Shown in pieces: positions 11,892-23,464 of a stretch of 64,000 bases of DNA. Origin of the DNA: Selaginella moellendorffii. Lineage: Eukaryota; Plantae; Lycopodiophyta. How positions within the stretch are numbered: position 1 is the first letter of the stretch; each line of letters starts with the position of its first letter. The notes beneath the pieces are model-generated. The model ran no database searches. It was not told the DNA's origin and saw nothing but the letters and a program-made list of their open reading frames with translations. Where the stretch lies: NCBI RefSeq assembly GCF_000143415.4, contig NW_003314261.1, positions 2,987,266 to 3,051,265 on the forward strand, given 5' to 3'. The position numbers were made by a program, and so were the translations under genes.

Positions 11892-13390
11892 ATGCGGAGG
11901 CAGTGCCTTGACGATCTTCCAGACGAGGTGCTCATTCGGATCATGTCTCTCCTCGCCTGGTCGCGCGACTTGAATCCCTCGTCTCTGGTAAGCAAGAGGT
12001 GGGCGCAGCTGGCAAGGCTCGTCACGCACTACTCCTTGGAGTCGAGCAGTCGTGATGTGGAGCAGGGGCTCATCCGCTGGTTTGGCCACAACGATCTTCG
12101 CCAGTTATCCATTCGGTTCCAGCAAAGTTGCACTCGCTGGCTGCACCAGATCGGGAAAGGGCTCCACTCAGTCACCATCTACGGAGGTCCGCAGCACAAG
12201 TTCGAGGACTTCTGGTCCAATATCTCGGCGTGTCAGGAGCTCCGCTGTCTCCACGTCCACGTCACACAACTCGGCTCCACGCTCGGCAATGCAACCTTGC
12301 CTTCACCGCTGCTGCCCAATCTCCTCTTCCTCAGTTTTCACAGACCGATCAACGTGACTGTGCTGCAGCAGCTGCTCGAGATCTGCCCCTCCCTTCTTGT
12401 AGTGCGGATGAATACGATAGTGGTGAGCTCGCCCGGTATGTAAAGCTAACCCGATTTCCCCAGTTTGGGCATTTTTTGCTGTCAGCTTGCATTTCTCAAG
12501 TATGTGACTTTATAGGTACCTACGTGCTCAAGAGCCGCAGCCTTGACAGCTGCCAGTCGGAATTCTGCGAGGGTGATGGACGCGACAACTTTACGCTTGC
12601 ACTTGACACACCAAAGCTCCGGTGGATGTTCTTTGTCGTTCCGCGCATCCAACTGCAGCCCACTACATGCAACGTAGAGTGGATCCGGGTGAGAGAGAGC
12701 ATGCGGCATATCCAGGGGCTGCGCTACTCCAGGCTCAAAAAGATCATCTTCCTCAACCCGTTTAGCAGCCCTGCCCAAGTAATGGACAAGGTAGCTTTGT
12801 GTAGAACGTTGAGCCTGAAGAAGTTCTATTTCTGCATCTTTGACGATGGCATTCCACCCTGCTCTATTGATCTTGTGGCCCTGCTGGAGCCGTTCCAGGG
12901 CCTTGAGGAGTTCATTGTCTCTTTTATAAGTATCAAGGTGAAGCTTTTGCTTTTTGTTCCAATGCCTCACGGTGTGTGTGACTAAATGCAGCAACTATAC
13001 GTTGCAAACTGGAGCAGCATGGAGAAACCCTTGACAGTTAGAGTCGAGTTCGTCCACACCAAGCACATCTGGGAAAGAAACGGTCTGGAACTGGAGTTCG
13101 TCCGTGGGCTGGTGGAGAGAAGCAGCGGCACAAAGGTCGAGCTAAAGTGTGTCTACTGGACTAACAAAGATGCTAGTCCACAGATTCCTGCGCTGCTCGA
13201 GGAGTTTGCGAGAGAGCACCCAGGACGTGTCAAGCTGCAGCCCCTGCAGTGGGTGCCCCGGAGCGACTGCGGCATGCTGTGGCGATCTTGGCAAGAAAGT
13301 GTTGAGTCGGAAGCTCCCTACGCTGCAATCGATCACTGGTGCAGAGGGATGCACGAGTCGCATTCGCACATACCATGCGGCTGGCAGTAG
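11892..13390 (+). CDS. F-box/LRR-like protein, 3 exons
   Basis: N-terminal F-box LDDLPDEVLIRIMSLL...SLVSKRW, followed by LRR-like LxxLxL segments. Introns at about 12436-12516 and 12938-12991. Confidence 0.8.
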
Positions 13391-13434
13391 CTATCATGAG
13401 CATCTATCAATCAACATGAATCACTGAGCAGCAG

Positions 13435-13753
13435 AACGAAGTAGAAGACAACACCAGCCCAGTGTAGTCTTGGTGTTAACTAACACCAGACTATACATGA
13501 TATTACAAAGCCATTTAGATTTAAAAATCAACGAGAAGCATTATTCATAGACGAAGTCACAAACATCTGGAATGGATGTTACACAATGTTAGTAGAGGCT
13601 TTTCAATTCAACCAATCCTCCGTGGTATACATGGGACCTTCAGGCTAAATCGCAGGAAGTGAGAAGAACGAAACTTGAATAGATAAACATCAATCTGCTG
13701 GTCGAAGCCAACCAGCTTAGCCAAATCCTCAGCAGTCAATTGTGTCTCGGAGC
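13435..13753 (-). pseudogene. Inverted, deletion-riddled partial copy of the JmjC gene (source about 5344-5940, exons and introns)
   Basis: Reverse complement of 13690-13753 matches 5344-5409, including a 31-nt perfect run. Further collinear blocks match intron 2, exon 3 (CTGAAGGTCCC), the 5749-5775 junction and intron sequence near 5910. Confidence 0.85.
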
Positions 13754-13759
13754 AAGTTA

Positions 13760-13935
13760 CAGCTTGGATACGAAGCGATCCAGGTGCTTCTCATAAAACT
13801 CCTCAAGACCAACAGGGCTGCAGGATCAATGAAGGTGGAATGTCCTTGGTGAAGCTTTCTTATTTGTTCCATTGGAGCACCCCTTGGCAGCTTTCTCACC
13901 CAGCACATCTGGGAAAGAACAAGTCTGGACAGGCT
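13760..13935 (+). pseudogene. Decayed direct partial copy of the F-box gene (source about 12680-13090)
   Basis: GGTGAAGCTTT...TTTGTTCCA matches about 12937. AGCACATCTGGGAAAGAA matches about 13062. Confidence 0.55.
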
Positions 13936-15448
13936 GATAAGACTGCTTCCCGATGTCAGGACCAGTGGAAAATTGTTGTTAATAATGTGGACATCATCTT
14001 TGATTCAAAGTGGTAAATTTTAAACTAAACATGGAAAGTATTGTTGTTTTTATGTTATTTTAATTGTGCTGATTTGATCATTAATTTGATTAGTAAACAA
14101 TATTACCATGGTGATTCGATTTGAAATTGAAAATACCACTAAATCTAGATTTCTCTAAGTTTATTCTTCCACAACATTATAAAATTTTATTCAGGTTCAA
14201 AAGCAAAATCAATGCCCCTCTCCATTGCATTTAGTTGCTCCTCTTGAGAATCCTCTCACATTCTGGAGGATTTACTTCATTTCCTTGTTATTAATTTGAA
14301 TTTCCACCAAGGCCTCCTTGTGTTCTTGACACTCTGAAACCTCCTCAAATGCAAGATCTAACATCTCCTCATCATCCACATCCTTGAGATTTGATGATAG
14401 AATTTCAACATCTCCTAGTCACTCATTGGAATTTCTGCCACCTCAGGAACACAATAACAGTGTGTTCTTCTCTGTTTGCAACTTCATTTTCCTCAAGTAA
14501 TGTTATCATTCTAGCCATCTTCATGTTATCAATGTCAAAATCTTCCATATCCTCAACCTGGATCACTGCCCCAACTTTATTGATCTATTGACCACTCTGT
14601 TTCACTTTGACTGTTGTTGACTGGCAAACCTTTGCTTTCTAATGTGTTGTTAACTTCTTAAGTGCTGCTAAATCTTGGCCATGAGGAGAAAGCAATAATG
14701 AGCTAGTACTACAACAATATTGACTTTTTGAATTGCCTAATTGATATTCCAAATTGGAGGCCACTCTACAGTGAGGATGAAGACCCAAACAATGAATAGT
14801 TTTGGAGAAGATAGAGCCCCTTGTACACCTTGGTACTCTTCTTTAGCATCACAAATGAAAATCTAAAATATTTCCTTTTTTACAAGCTTAAGGGTTGAGA
14901 GTGTTTAAAGTTTTTGGTAAAGGGAGTTTTATTAGATATCTTTTAATTTCCACCTTTATATAATGGAATAAGAAGAAGACTCTTTGAAATTGCCATGGAA
15001 AAGTTACCTTGCTGCTCTTGTTTGTTCAAAAAGATTAATGCTTTCAGTGAAAACCTAGTTATAAGCTTAAAGGCCCACTAGTGTTCTTAGAGTAAAAAAC
15101 GTTTCATCCAAATAATTTTAAAGAAAGCTTTGAATTTGTTTATATTAACCACTTCATAATCTATTCTGTGTATTTTATATGAGGTGAGCTAACCGAGATT
15201 ACAGTCTGCTGGAGGAACTTGCTGGGTGTGGAAAAAAACGATCTCGTCCTCATCTTCATCCTGCTCGGCTCCAAATTCTCCAAGACCTAGTGAAGCCGTT
15301 GTGGGCATGATGTGGAGTATGTGTTGACTCGGAAGCAGAGAGTTGTGGCTATGCAAGCAAGTATGAGTATCTTTGAATCCTCGTGAATCACTGGGAGATC
15401 GGGAAGGAAGCTCTTGTATCACACAACGTATATGTCTCATTGTCTTCC

Positions 15449-17639
15449 TCAATGCAAGTTCCTGACTGCGCGGCCAGACTTGTACAAAGATTGATACACG
15501 GGCTTGATCCTGACGCTCACGTAGACGCTGGCGGCAGACCCGACGAGGCACACTCCAGCCATGATCAAGAACGTGAGCCGGAAGCAGTGAGCTCCAATGC
15601 ACTGGTCGGCCTGCGGCCCGTCTCGCGCCTCCATGTCGTAGAGGTAGCCGGCGATGACCCCCGAGAAGAGCAGCGATCCCACCGGGTCCCCCATGGTGAG
15701 GAAGTTGTAGATCTTGCCAAAGTGCTTGAGGCCGAATAGCTCCGACGCGGTGGGAACCATGACCGAGAAGTGGACGCCGTAGCAAAAGCCCAGCAAGATG
15801 GAGCCGACGTGAAGCGAGCTCGTGCCGGCCCATGCAAACAAGAGATGCGCGACTACCATCAGGCACTGGGCTCCGGCCAGCCAGAGAGTCCGAGGAACAG
15901 CCTTCCTGCAAAGAATGCTGGTCAGTGATCCATTGGCGCTATAGAACTTCTACGAGCTGAGATCTTACCGGACGTATTTCTCCGAGATTGCTCCGCCTCC
16001 AAGCCGGCCCAGGAAGTTCCATATCCCCAGGAGTGTGACGAAGATCGTCACGTCGGTGAATCCCTGCGCCTGGCCGATCTGTCCCAGATTGTTGATGGCC
16101 GTCACACCCGACCCCACTCCACAGAAGAACGTGAAAAAGAGCAGCCAGAAGTCCGCCTTGAGCAGCGACTGCCTCAAGTTGAAGTCCTCTCCACGCCTCG
16201 GCTTTCTCTTCCTCGACACAGCGCCTTCTCCCACGGCCATCAGCACGTCCGTATCGTTTTCTATGTCGGCTTCACTCAGACTCGTCGCGCTGTCGCTGGT
16301 GCTCATCCCCGGCGGGAATTTCTTTCGATCGTCCCAGGAGAGCTCCTCCTCGGTCCGCTCGATGTAGCTATCGTCGTGCCGGAAAGTTGGCAGAGTTCTC
16401 GCGTCCTCCTCGTCAGATTGCCCGAGTTCTTCTTCGGTGGATCCTATTTGGAACTGGACGGTTTCCTCGCGCACGAGGGGCTCGCCCACGCCGCCGTCTT
16501 CTTGTTCCAAGTTACGTCTCGATGGTGGTTCCTCAGTTCTCTTAAACAACCCGAGGATAAAGAACTTGAGAGCGACGAAAACCGGAGCAAAGAGGAACAA
16601 GAGCATGACAGTGGCTATAACTCCGGAGACGATTGGATTACTCGGGAGAAAGTCCTGGACAAAAGTGGCGACGAGAAGGTAGAGCGCGAGGGACACGCAA
16701 ATAACATGAACGAGAAAAAAGTTTCGTTTCTCTTCGGGTTCACGGGTGGCGTCGGGAACTGGACGAACGAAACCCATGCAAGCCACGGACACAGCGAAAG
16801 GACTGGTGGAAAGAAGCAGCAACAACGAGACCGGGTTCTTAAAGAGGAAGGACGTGTAGAGCTGGGTGAAGATGGCACCACTGAGACCAACGAAGCCTTT
16901 GAGGATTCCCACAACAGTACCTCGGCTCTGGGGGAAGTTCCGCATGGTTGTGACGAGAACCGCGGTGTTGAAGAATGTGGCACTGTTGGCACCGATGCAA
17001 ATAGCTAGACACATCTGCAAAAATAAGTATATGAATACTAGAAGGAAAGAAAAAGGAAGGACTTTCAAGCTCAGAAAACGACCCAAAATAGTTTGCAAGC
17101 TTTTCCACTCTTTCAGCTCTTTTGTCCACTCTTTCGGTGACTAACTCTATAAGCGAAACGCAAAATCTAGAAAATGAAACCAGCACTTGACCAAAAAAAT
17201 TGTTTTTTTTACCTCGTGCTTTGCCAGGAAATGAGAAAGAAATCCGAGAATGAAAGAGAACTTGCAACGCAAAACTTATCTCTAGAGCTCAGGAAAAACT
17301 TACTTGCCAGTATGGAAGTGGAGCGATCCTTTCACTGACGACGAGCCAAAGAACGCCATATCCGAGGAACGCCTCCAGCCCCCCAATGAAGAGGATGAGC
17401 CATGCAGGGAGCTTGTTGGAGAGATAGCCAGTGATGAGCCCCACATTCTCGCCGATGTCCTTGGCCACGCCCAGATTGTTGAGCTCAATCTGCGAGTAGT
17501 GGAGCACCGCCTTGAGCCGCGGCGAGAAATGCGAGAAGGTGTAGGCGTTGCCGGCAAATGCCTGGATCCAAATCGACGCCGCCAGGCCCAGCCATTTGAT
17601 CGTCAGCTGCGACGAGGGCCCGGAAGAGATCGACGCCAT
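15449..17639 (-). CDS. Nodulin-like major facilitator superfamily protein (NFD4-like), 3 exons
   Basis: KWLGLAASIWIQAFAGNAYTFS, NSATFFNTAVLVT, RRGEDFNLRQSLLKADFWLLF and CIGAHCFRLTF. Confidence 0.93.
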
Positions 17640-17924
17640 TCTTGTTGCTCGCTTCTCCGCCGATCGACCAGTAGCATCTGGCAGGGGGATTTCAAGGACA
17701 CCCACCTGGATGGCACTGGTGGGCGACTCGCGATGATTAGTCTGACACCAAACGAGAATGGAATAGAGGAAAACCCTGCCGCTGTTTGCGGCTCATGTCG
17801 TGCGGTCCGATATCCTGGCAGCACACGTGTCCACCTCCCATCAGCCCTAAAACAGAGTTGCCCATAAACCCTAAACCTTAAACAGAACATAAACAGAACT
17901 AAAAGATTTAGAGGCAATGGTCGC

Positions 17925-19955
17925 ATGAATCCCAGCAGCATTGTGGCTGTGCTGCCTCCACTGCGAGCCCTTCCTGATGATGGATCGGACTACTTTGCAG
18001 CGCTTCTCCGATCAAGCGGCGACTTTCGGGAGGCATCGGGCATCCGGGCCCGGATCTTGGAAAGCGAGCATCGTCAGAATCTCTACCTTGCCAATCTCAC
18101 GATCCAAGTCTATGGAAAGTTTGGCAGGATTGACGAGGCACGCGCGGTCTTTGATGCCATCAACCGCCCAAACGTTTTCTCGTGGACTATCCTCCTCACG
18201 GCATATGCCCAAAGAGGGCATCTGGACGATGCCAAACGGGTTTTTGACAAGATGCCCGAGCGCAACCACGTCGCGTGGAATGGGCTCCTCGCGGCATATT
18301 CCCAGCACGGTCGAATCCAAGAAGCAGAGAATCTTTTCCAAAAGATACCCGAGTGGAACCTTGTTACATGGAACGCGATGATAACAGGATATGCCCAGAA
18401 CGGGCATCTGGAAAAAGCCCAGGAGATATTCCAAAGCATGCCGGAGAGAGACGTAGTTTCCTGGACTGCGATCATCACCGTTTATTCCGACAAAGGCCAA
18501 GTTCTCTCAGCGAAAAAACTCTTCGATTCCATGCCTGGCAGGAACATCGCTTCCTGGAATGCGATGATCCAAGTCTACTCCCGCAGCGGGAACCTCCAAG
18601 AGGCCAACCAGCTCTTCCACCGAATGCCCGAGCGCGACTTCGTCTCGTGGATCAACATCATCACCGCCAACGTTCACTGCGGGAGCATCGAACAGGCAAA
18701 GTCAGTCTTTGACGAGATTCCCGAACAAGAAACTCAATCCTGGAATGCGATGCTTACCGGTTACGCCCAGCACGGGAACTTGGAGGCCGCCAAGAGCATC
18801 TTCGACAGCATGAAGCACCGGAACATCGTTTCCTGGAACTCCATGATCCAAGTCCACGTCCAAAAGGCCAACTTAGCCGAGGCAAAGCAGCTCTTTGACA
18901 GGATGCCCGAGCGAAACCTCCCGTCCTGGACTGCTCTGATCACTGCCTACGCGCAGGAAGCCGACGTGAGGTCGGCCAAGCAGGTCTTCGACAGCATGCC
19001 CGAGCTCGACGTAGTCGCGTGGTCGACGATGATAACTTGCTGCGCACAAGCCCGCCATCTTCGCGATGCCAAAGAAACCTTCGACACTATGCCGGAGAGG
19101 AACCTGGTTGCCTGGACCAACATGATAACTGCGTACGCTCAGTCTGGAAAACTGGACGAGGCCCGAGAGATGTTTGAAAGAATGCCGGTACGTGATGGAG
19201 TAGCCTGGAACACCATGATCTCTGCTTATGCCAACCACGGTTATCCGGACGAGGCCAAGGTCCTGTTTGATGGAATGCCGCAGCCCGACATGGTGTCCTG
19301 GAACGTGATAATGGAGTCTTATGCCCAGAACAACCAGCTCCTCGAAGCAAGGACCACCTTTGAGAAGATGCCCGAGCGGGATATAGTTGCCTGGACTGTG
19401 CTTGTGGCCGCGTACGCCCAAGCAGGACATCTGATCAAAGCCAGGAAGATCTTCGACTGCCTCCCGAAACAAAACGTTGTGTCCTGGACAGCCATGATAG
19501 CTGCTTATGCCCATTCTGGCCATGGTAAGCTTGCCGTCGAGCTCTTCCAACTGATGGATCTCGACGGACTCAGCCCCGATGAGATCACGGTCACGGGTCT
19601 TTTGAGTGCCTGTAGTCACGGTGGCCTCTTCAAGGAAAGCTTGCAGTACTTCGGCTTCATGAACCAGGACTACGGATTAAATCCGTCTGCCGAGCACTAC
19701 TGCTGCATGATCAACGTTCTCGGCCGTGCTGGGCAGCTGAAGCATGCGCAGGAGCTACTCCAAGGGATGCCATACCTTCCCGATGGCACAACTTTGGGAG
19801 CCTTGCTGGGAGTGTGGTCAGCTTACGGTGGTGCGTCTGCCGGATCAAATATAGCCGAGCGCGTCGTTGAGCTGGACCCTGAGAACTCGGCACCATATAT
19901 CTCTCTGGCTAACATCTTCGCAGCTGAAAGTCGTCGTCGAAGAGCCTCGACTTAA
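17925..19955 (+). CDS. PLS-class PPR protein with long run of 31-aa S-type motifs and a truncated E extension (candidate RNA-editing specificity factor)
   Basis: Intronless 676-aa ORF with repeated MPERxxVxWxxMIxAYAQxG. Ends with HYCCMINVLGRAG...ELDPENSAPYISLANIF; no DYW domain. Confidence 0.93.
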   Translation: MNPSSIVAVLPPLRALPDDGSDYFAALLRSSGDFREASGIRARILESEHRQNLYLANLTIQVYGKFGRIDEARAVFDAINRPNVFSWTILLTAYAQRGHLDDAKRVFDKMPERNHVAWNGLLAAYSQHGRIQEAENLFQKIPEWNLVTWNAMITGYAQNGHLEKAQEIFQSMPERDVVSWTAIITVYSDKGQVLSAKKLFDSMPGRNIASWNAMIQVYSRSGNLQEANQLFHRMPERDFVSWINIITANVHCGSIEQAKSVFDEIPEQETQSWNAMLTGYAQHGNLEAAKSIFDSMKHRNIVSWNSMIQVHVQKANLAEAKQLFDRMPERNLPSWTALITAYAQEADVRSAKQVFDSMPELDVVAWSTMITCCAQARHLRDAKETFDTMPERNLVAWTNMITAYAQSGKLDEAREMFERMPVRDGVAWNTMISAYANHGYPDEAKVLFDGMPQPDMVSWNVIMESYAQNNQLLEARTTFEKMPERDIVAWTVLVAAYAQAGHLIKARKIFDCLPKQNVVSWTAMIAAYAHSGHGKLAVELFQLMDLDGLSPDEITVTGLLSACSHGGLFKESLQYFGFMNQDYGLNPSAEHYCCMINVLGRAGQLKHAQELLQGMPYLPDGTTLGALLGVWSAYGGASAGSNIAERVVELDPENSAPYISLANIFAAESRRRRAST

Positions 19956-20025
19956 GCGGCATTATTTCCGGACTGTACAAAATGATCCCCGGTACTAACC
20001 AAAAGCCTTCGCTGTACACGCGTTC

Positions 20026-22176
20026 TCATAATTGTTTTTGCTGTCTTGTAAGTAGCCTTCTGCTGCTCGTTTTCTTTGACTGACAAATGCAGCCTGGATT
20101 CGGATTTGCGTAGAAGTTTTCTTCCCACTTCGGAGATTCACCGGATTCCCTGTACGATGGAGCACCTATTTTCTTGTGATGCACTCTTCTGATTTCTGCT
20201 GCGAAATTGTCCCACGAGAGATTTCCTGTTTCGTAATCATCCACGAGAGTTACTACACTTTGTCTGCAACAAAAACCAACTGTAAGATAATGCATTAGAG
20301 AACCAAACAACCAGGACGTACCGGTCCGGACTGATCGTTTTCCTGTGTCCCTCAAACCTCCTGTGCCCCTGAACAGCCTTGGCCATGTTTCCGTCGTATG
20401 TATAAACGAAGGTATCGCTCTCCAATGCCATGATATAGTCCAGGCCTGCGATTCTGTTTTGAAAGCCCTTGAACTCCGCCAACTCCTGCTCCGTTGCAAG
20501 AGTTGAATGGGTGTAAACGTTTGGATACACGCTTTGGAAAGCTTTCATACTGTTGTTTCCGAAACTTTCGCCTGCCGCAATGTAAATGTTGGTGGATGCC
20601 GGATATCCCAAGCCTTTCAGTAGAAGAGCAGCTTCGTGAGGTGTCAGAGGGCAACCTCCTTCCATCCGTTTTTCTTCCGCAGCAATCTCCTTTTCTTTCC
20701 AGTGCTTAGTGCTGTAACGCATATCACGTAACACGTTCGCTTCATCGGCTGTTAGCCCGTGCGAACAACCCGTGAATGCCAACATGTCCTTTTCGTATCT
20801 ACATTCAGGTGAAGCCTCAGAAACTGCAGTTGATAGGTAGGACATATCACATTTTACCTCAAGTGGAGAGCTATATACGGCCCTTTATCTCGCATCCGCT
20901 CAACAAGAACTTGTCCCAACCTTTGAATTGGCTTGGCGTACTTCAGAGCTCGATAATTTGCTCGGCAGCGAAGTTGTTGTACACTGTTAGGAATATCATT
21001 GTTCGCTAGACGTGAATCCGCATGGGTGAAGTAGACAACCTTGTGCTTCTTGAGCAAGGGAAGAATCTCCTCTTTGTAGTAAGATGCCTGGTAAATCGCA
21101 CGTCAATACTATCCAAACGAGACAGCGTAGCAAGCTATACCTTCGACCATGATACGGGAGCTTTCTTGACTGGCTCGGCGCTCTCCAAATGGGAAGGAAG
21201 AGCTTTCACAATTTGTACATCGTCTTTCAAGGTCTCTATGAAGTGATCGATGTCAAAAATGTCCGCGAATTCACTGCACTATGAAACTGGCATAAGCATT
21301 CAACTCCAGATTTAAAAGTACCTTGGATCCTCCCAGAAGGAGCTGTGATCAAGTGTAGGCATGACTAAAGTGGCATTCATGATCCTGGCTACAGCAACCA
21401 TGTCGCATATCTGAGAACGACATATGCGTATTATTCCAAAATGAATAGAAAAGAAACAGACAATCGCATACCCCGGTTCTCATCTGATTGAGGCCACCAT
21501 TCGCGTTTACCCGAAGATAACCATTTGTAGCTGCTCCAGCCTCTGCCAGAAAATTCTTAGCATTTCCACAAGAGTGAGAAAACTTACTTCGAGATTTCTT
21601 GGATCGTGCTATGCATTGCTCGTACTTTGAGGAGTCTGGATTCGCCCACAAGGAGTTGTAGAGCTGCCATTCATTCTCTCAGATGATCTAGCCTAATGCA
21701 TGAAAGAATTCACGTTACCTTCCTCTCGACATGAGACACTTTCGTGATTGTGCTTTCGATCATCGCTCGCTGGTAGGACTCGGCTGGCTGAAACAAAGAG
21801 AAGAAACAGTGTGATCCTCGTCCTTCAGTCTCGGAGCCCATACCTTCGTTAACAAGAGCTGATCGAAATCTCCCCCCAGCCACTCCACAGACAAAATCTT
21901 GGCTAGGGCAAGAACGATCAAGAGCAGGCCGATGAGTCCCAGCAAGGATTTCCTCCACGCTCTGGCGGCCGCGCAGCTGGAATCCTTGGCATCGCTCTGG
22001 AAAATGCTCGTGGCCAAAGCGTGGAAGGGATCAACCTGCATCCGCTTGGTGGAGATCGACCGCCGGTAGACGGGCGTCTTGCTCTCGCCGCTCAGCCTGG
22101 GGCTGAGAACGATCTCCGCAACATCCCGCGACATCATGCCGCCCGGGAGATGACCTCTGCTCCACTGCGGCGCCAT
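20026..22176 (-). CDS. O-fucosyltransferase-family (DUF246/GT106) Golgi glycosyltransferase, multi-exon
   Basis: N-terminal TM helix, [46 protein letters not shown] and [16 protein letters not shown]. Confidence 0.93.
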
Positions 22177-22303
22177 GGATCGGCGATATTACGCCTCCGC
22201 TACCGACCGCCGCCGCGCCGAGTCGTCGTCAATGATCCCACGCGCAATGGGGACCAAGAAACTAAGAATCGATGATCGAGCAAGAAGGGAGAAGAAGAGA
22301 GCG

Positions 22304-22334
<31 letters not shown>

Positions 22335-22900
22335 TCCTAACACGGCATGTAAGTTATATGAATCTTCTCTTACCTATCACTTTTAACCACGAGTGAATCC
22401 GCGCTCGTGAAAAACCCAAAACGCGGTGCTGCCACGTGTCAGAGAATAAACATCTCCCTGCCGCACATTCTGGGGCTGCGTTTATTTGACCAGCGGTTGT
22501 GTGTCCAAACCAAGGCAGCGTTGTATTTGACCGTGTCTCTTGCAAACCTTAACTTTAATTCCTTGTGTCTTGATCGATATATGGATACTTGTCCATTGTC
22601 TATGGTTGTGGCTGGGTATCGACGACGCCAACTATTGCTCGATTGAGCAACAGTCTACCTAACGACCTTTGTTAACATAACCATGTGCTTACCATCGTAC
22701 TGAATTAAAGGTACCACCTTTTATTTGTAAACGACGAATTTAAGATATTCTTCGATTTCTAGAGGAATCTTAGCTTTTAGTTCAAGGGTCCATGTCATTG
22801 TGGCCAGCACTTTTGCAACAACGACCATAATGGTTTTTCCAAACATTATAAACCCTCTCTTCTTTCTCACACAGCCCATACATTTGTAGCCCCTCTTCCA

Positions 22901-23413
22901 ATGAGATATCTCTCGCTTCTTCCATCGCTTTGCGTCCTCTTCTTTCTGGTTGCCACTGCCAATGGATCCACCACGAAGAAGCAAGGTAAGGTAACCTTCC
23001 TCCAGTTCTACATGCACGACATTGTCACGGCCAAGCATCCCACCGCCGTCATGGTGGCCAAGCCCCCTTCCAGGAACGATTCGTTTGGCCTGGTGATGAT
23101 AATAGACGATCTCATCACGCAAGGACCCTCTTCCAGCTCCAAAGTTTTGGGACGGGGCCAGGGAACTTATATGGTGTGCTCGCTCACCGCCATTAACTTG
23201 CTCTTCAGCTTCGCCGCTGTCCTGGACACTCCAGAGTATAAAGGGACCATCAGCTTCCACGGCCTCGACATGCTTGCACTGACCGTGAGAGAGTTCGCTG
23301 TGACGGGAGGAACCGGAGATTTTAGATCGGTGCGAGGCTACGCTACCATCGAGACGCAGGCTCTAAAGGGGCTCAACGCAGTGCTCCTGTTCAAAGTTTA
23401 TCTCACATATTAG
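22901..23413 (+). CDS. DIR: Dirigent protein
   Basis: Signal peptide, FYMHD, FGLVMIIDDLIT, LGRGQG and REFAVTGGTGDFRSVRGY. Confidence 0.93.
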   Translation: MRYLSLLPSLCVLFFLVATANGSTTKKQGKVTFLQFYMHDIVTAKHPTAVMVAKPPSRNDSFGLVMIIDDLITQGPSSSSKVLGRGQGTYMVCSLTAINLLFSFAAVLDTPEYKGTISFHGLDMLALTVREFAVTGGTGDFRSVRGYATIETQALKGLNAVLLFKVYLTY

Positions 23414-23464
23414 CATAGAGAAAAAGAGAGAAGTGTGGACCTTACTATTGTCCGGAGAGCTCGT

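Noticed and set aside
4935-13390. JmjC gene plus nearby F-box/LRR gene as a split animal-type KDM2 (JmjC...F-box-LRR)
   Set aside because: Two other genes intervene, no CXXC/PHD is seen, and F-box genes are very numerous in plants, so proximity is probably chance.
14000-15170. AT-rich stretch that may be a DNA-transposon remnant
   Set aside because: No termini or recognisable transposase motif could be read, so it is left unannotated.
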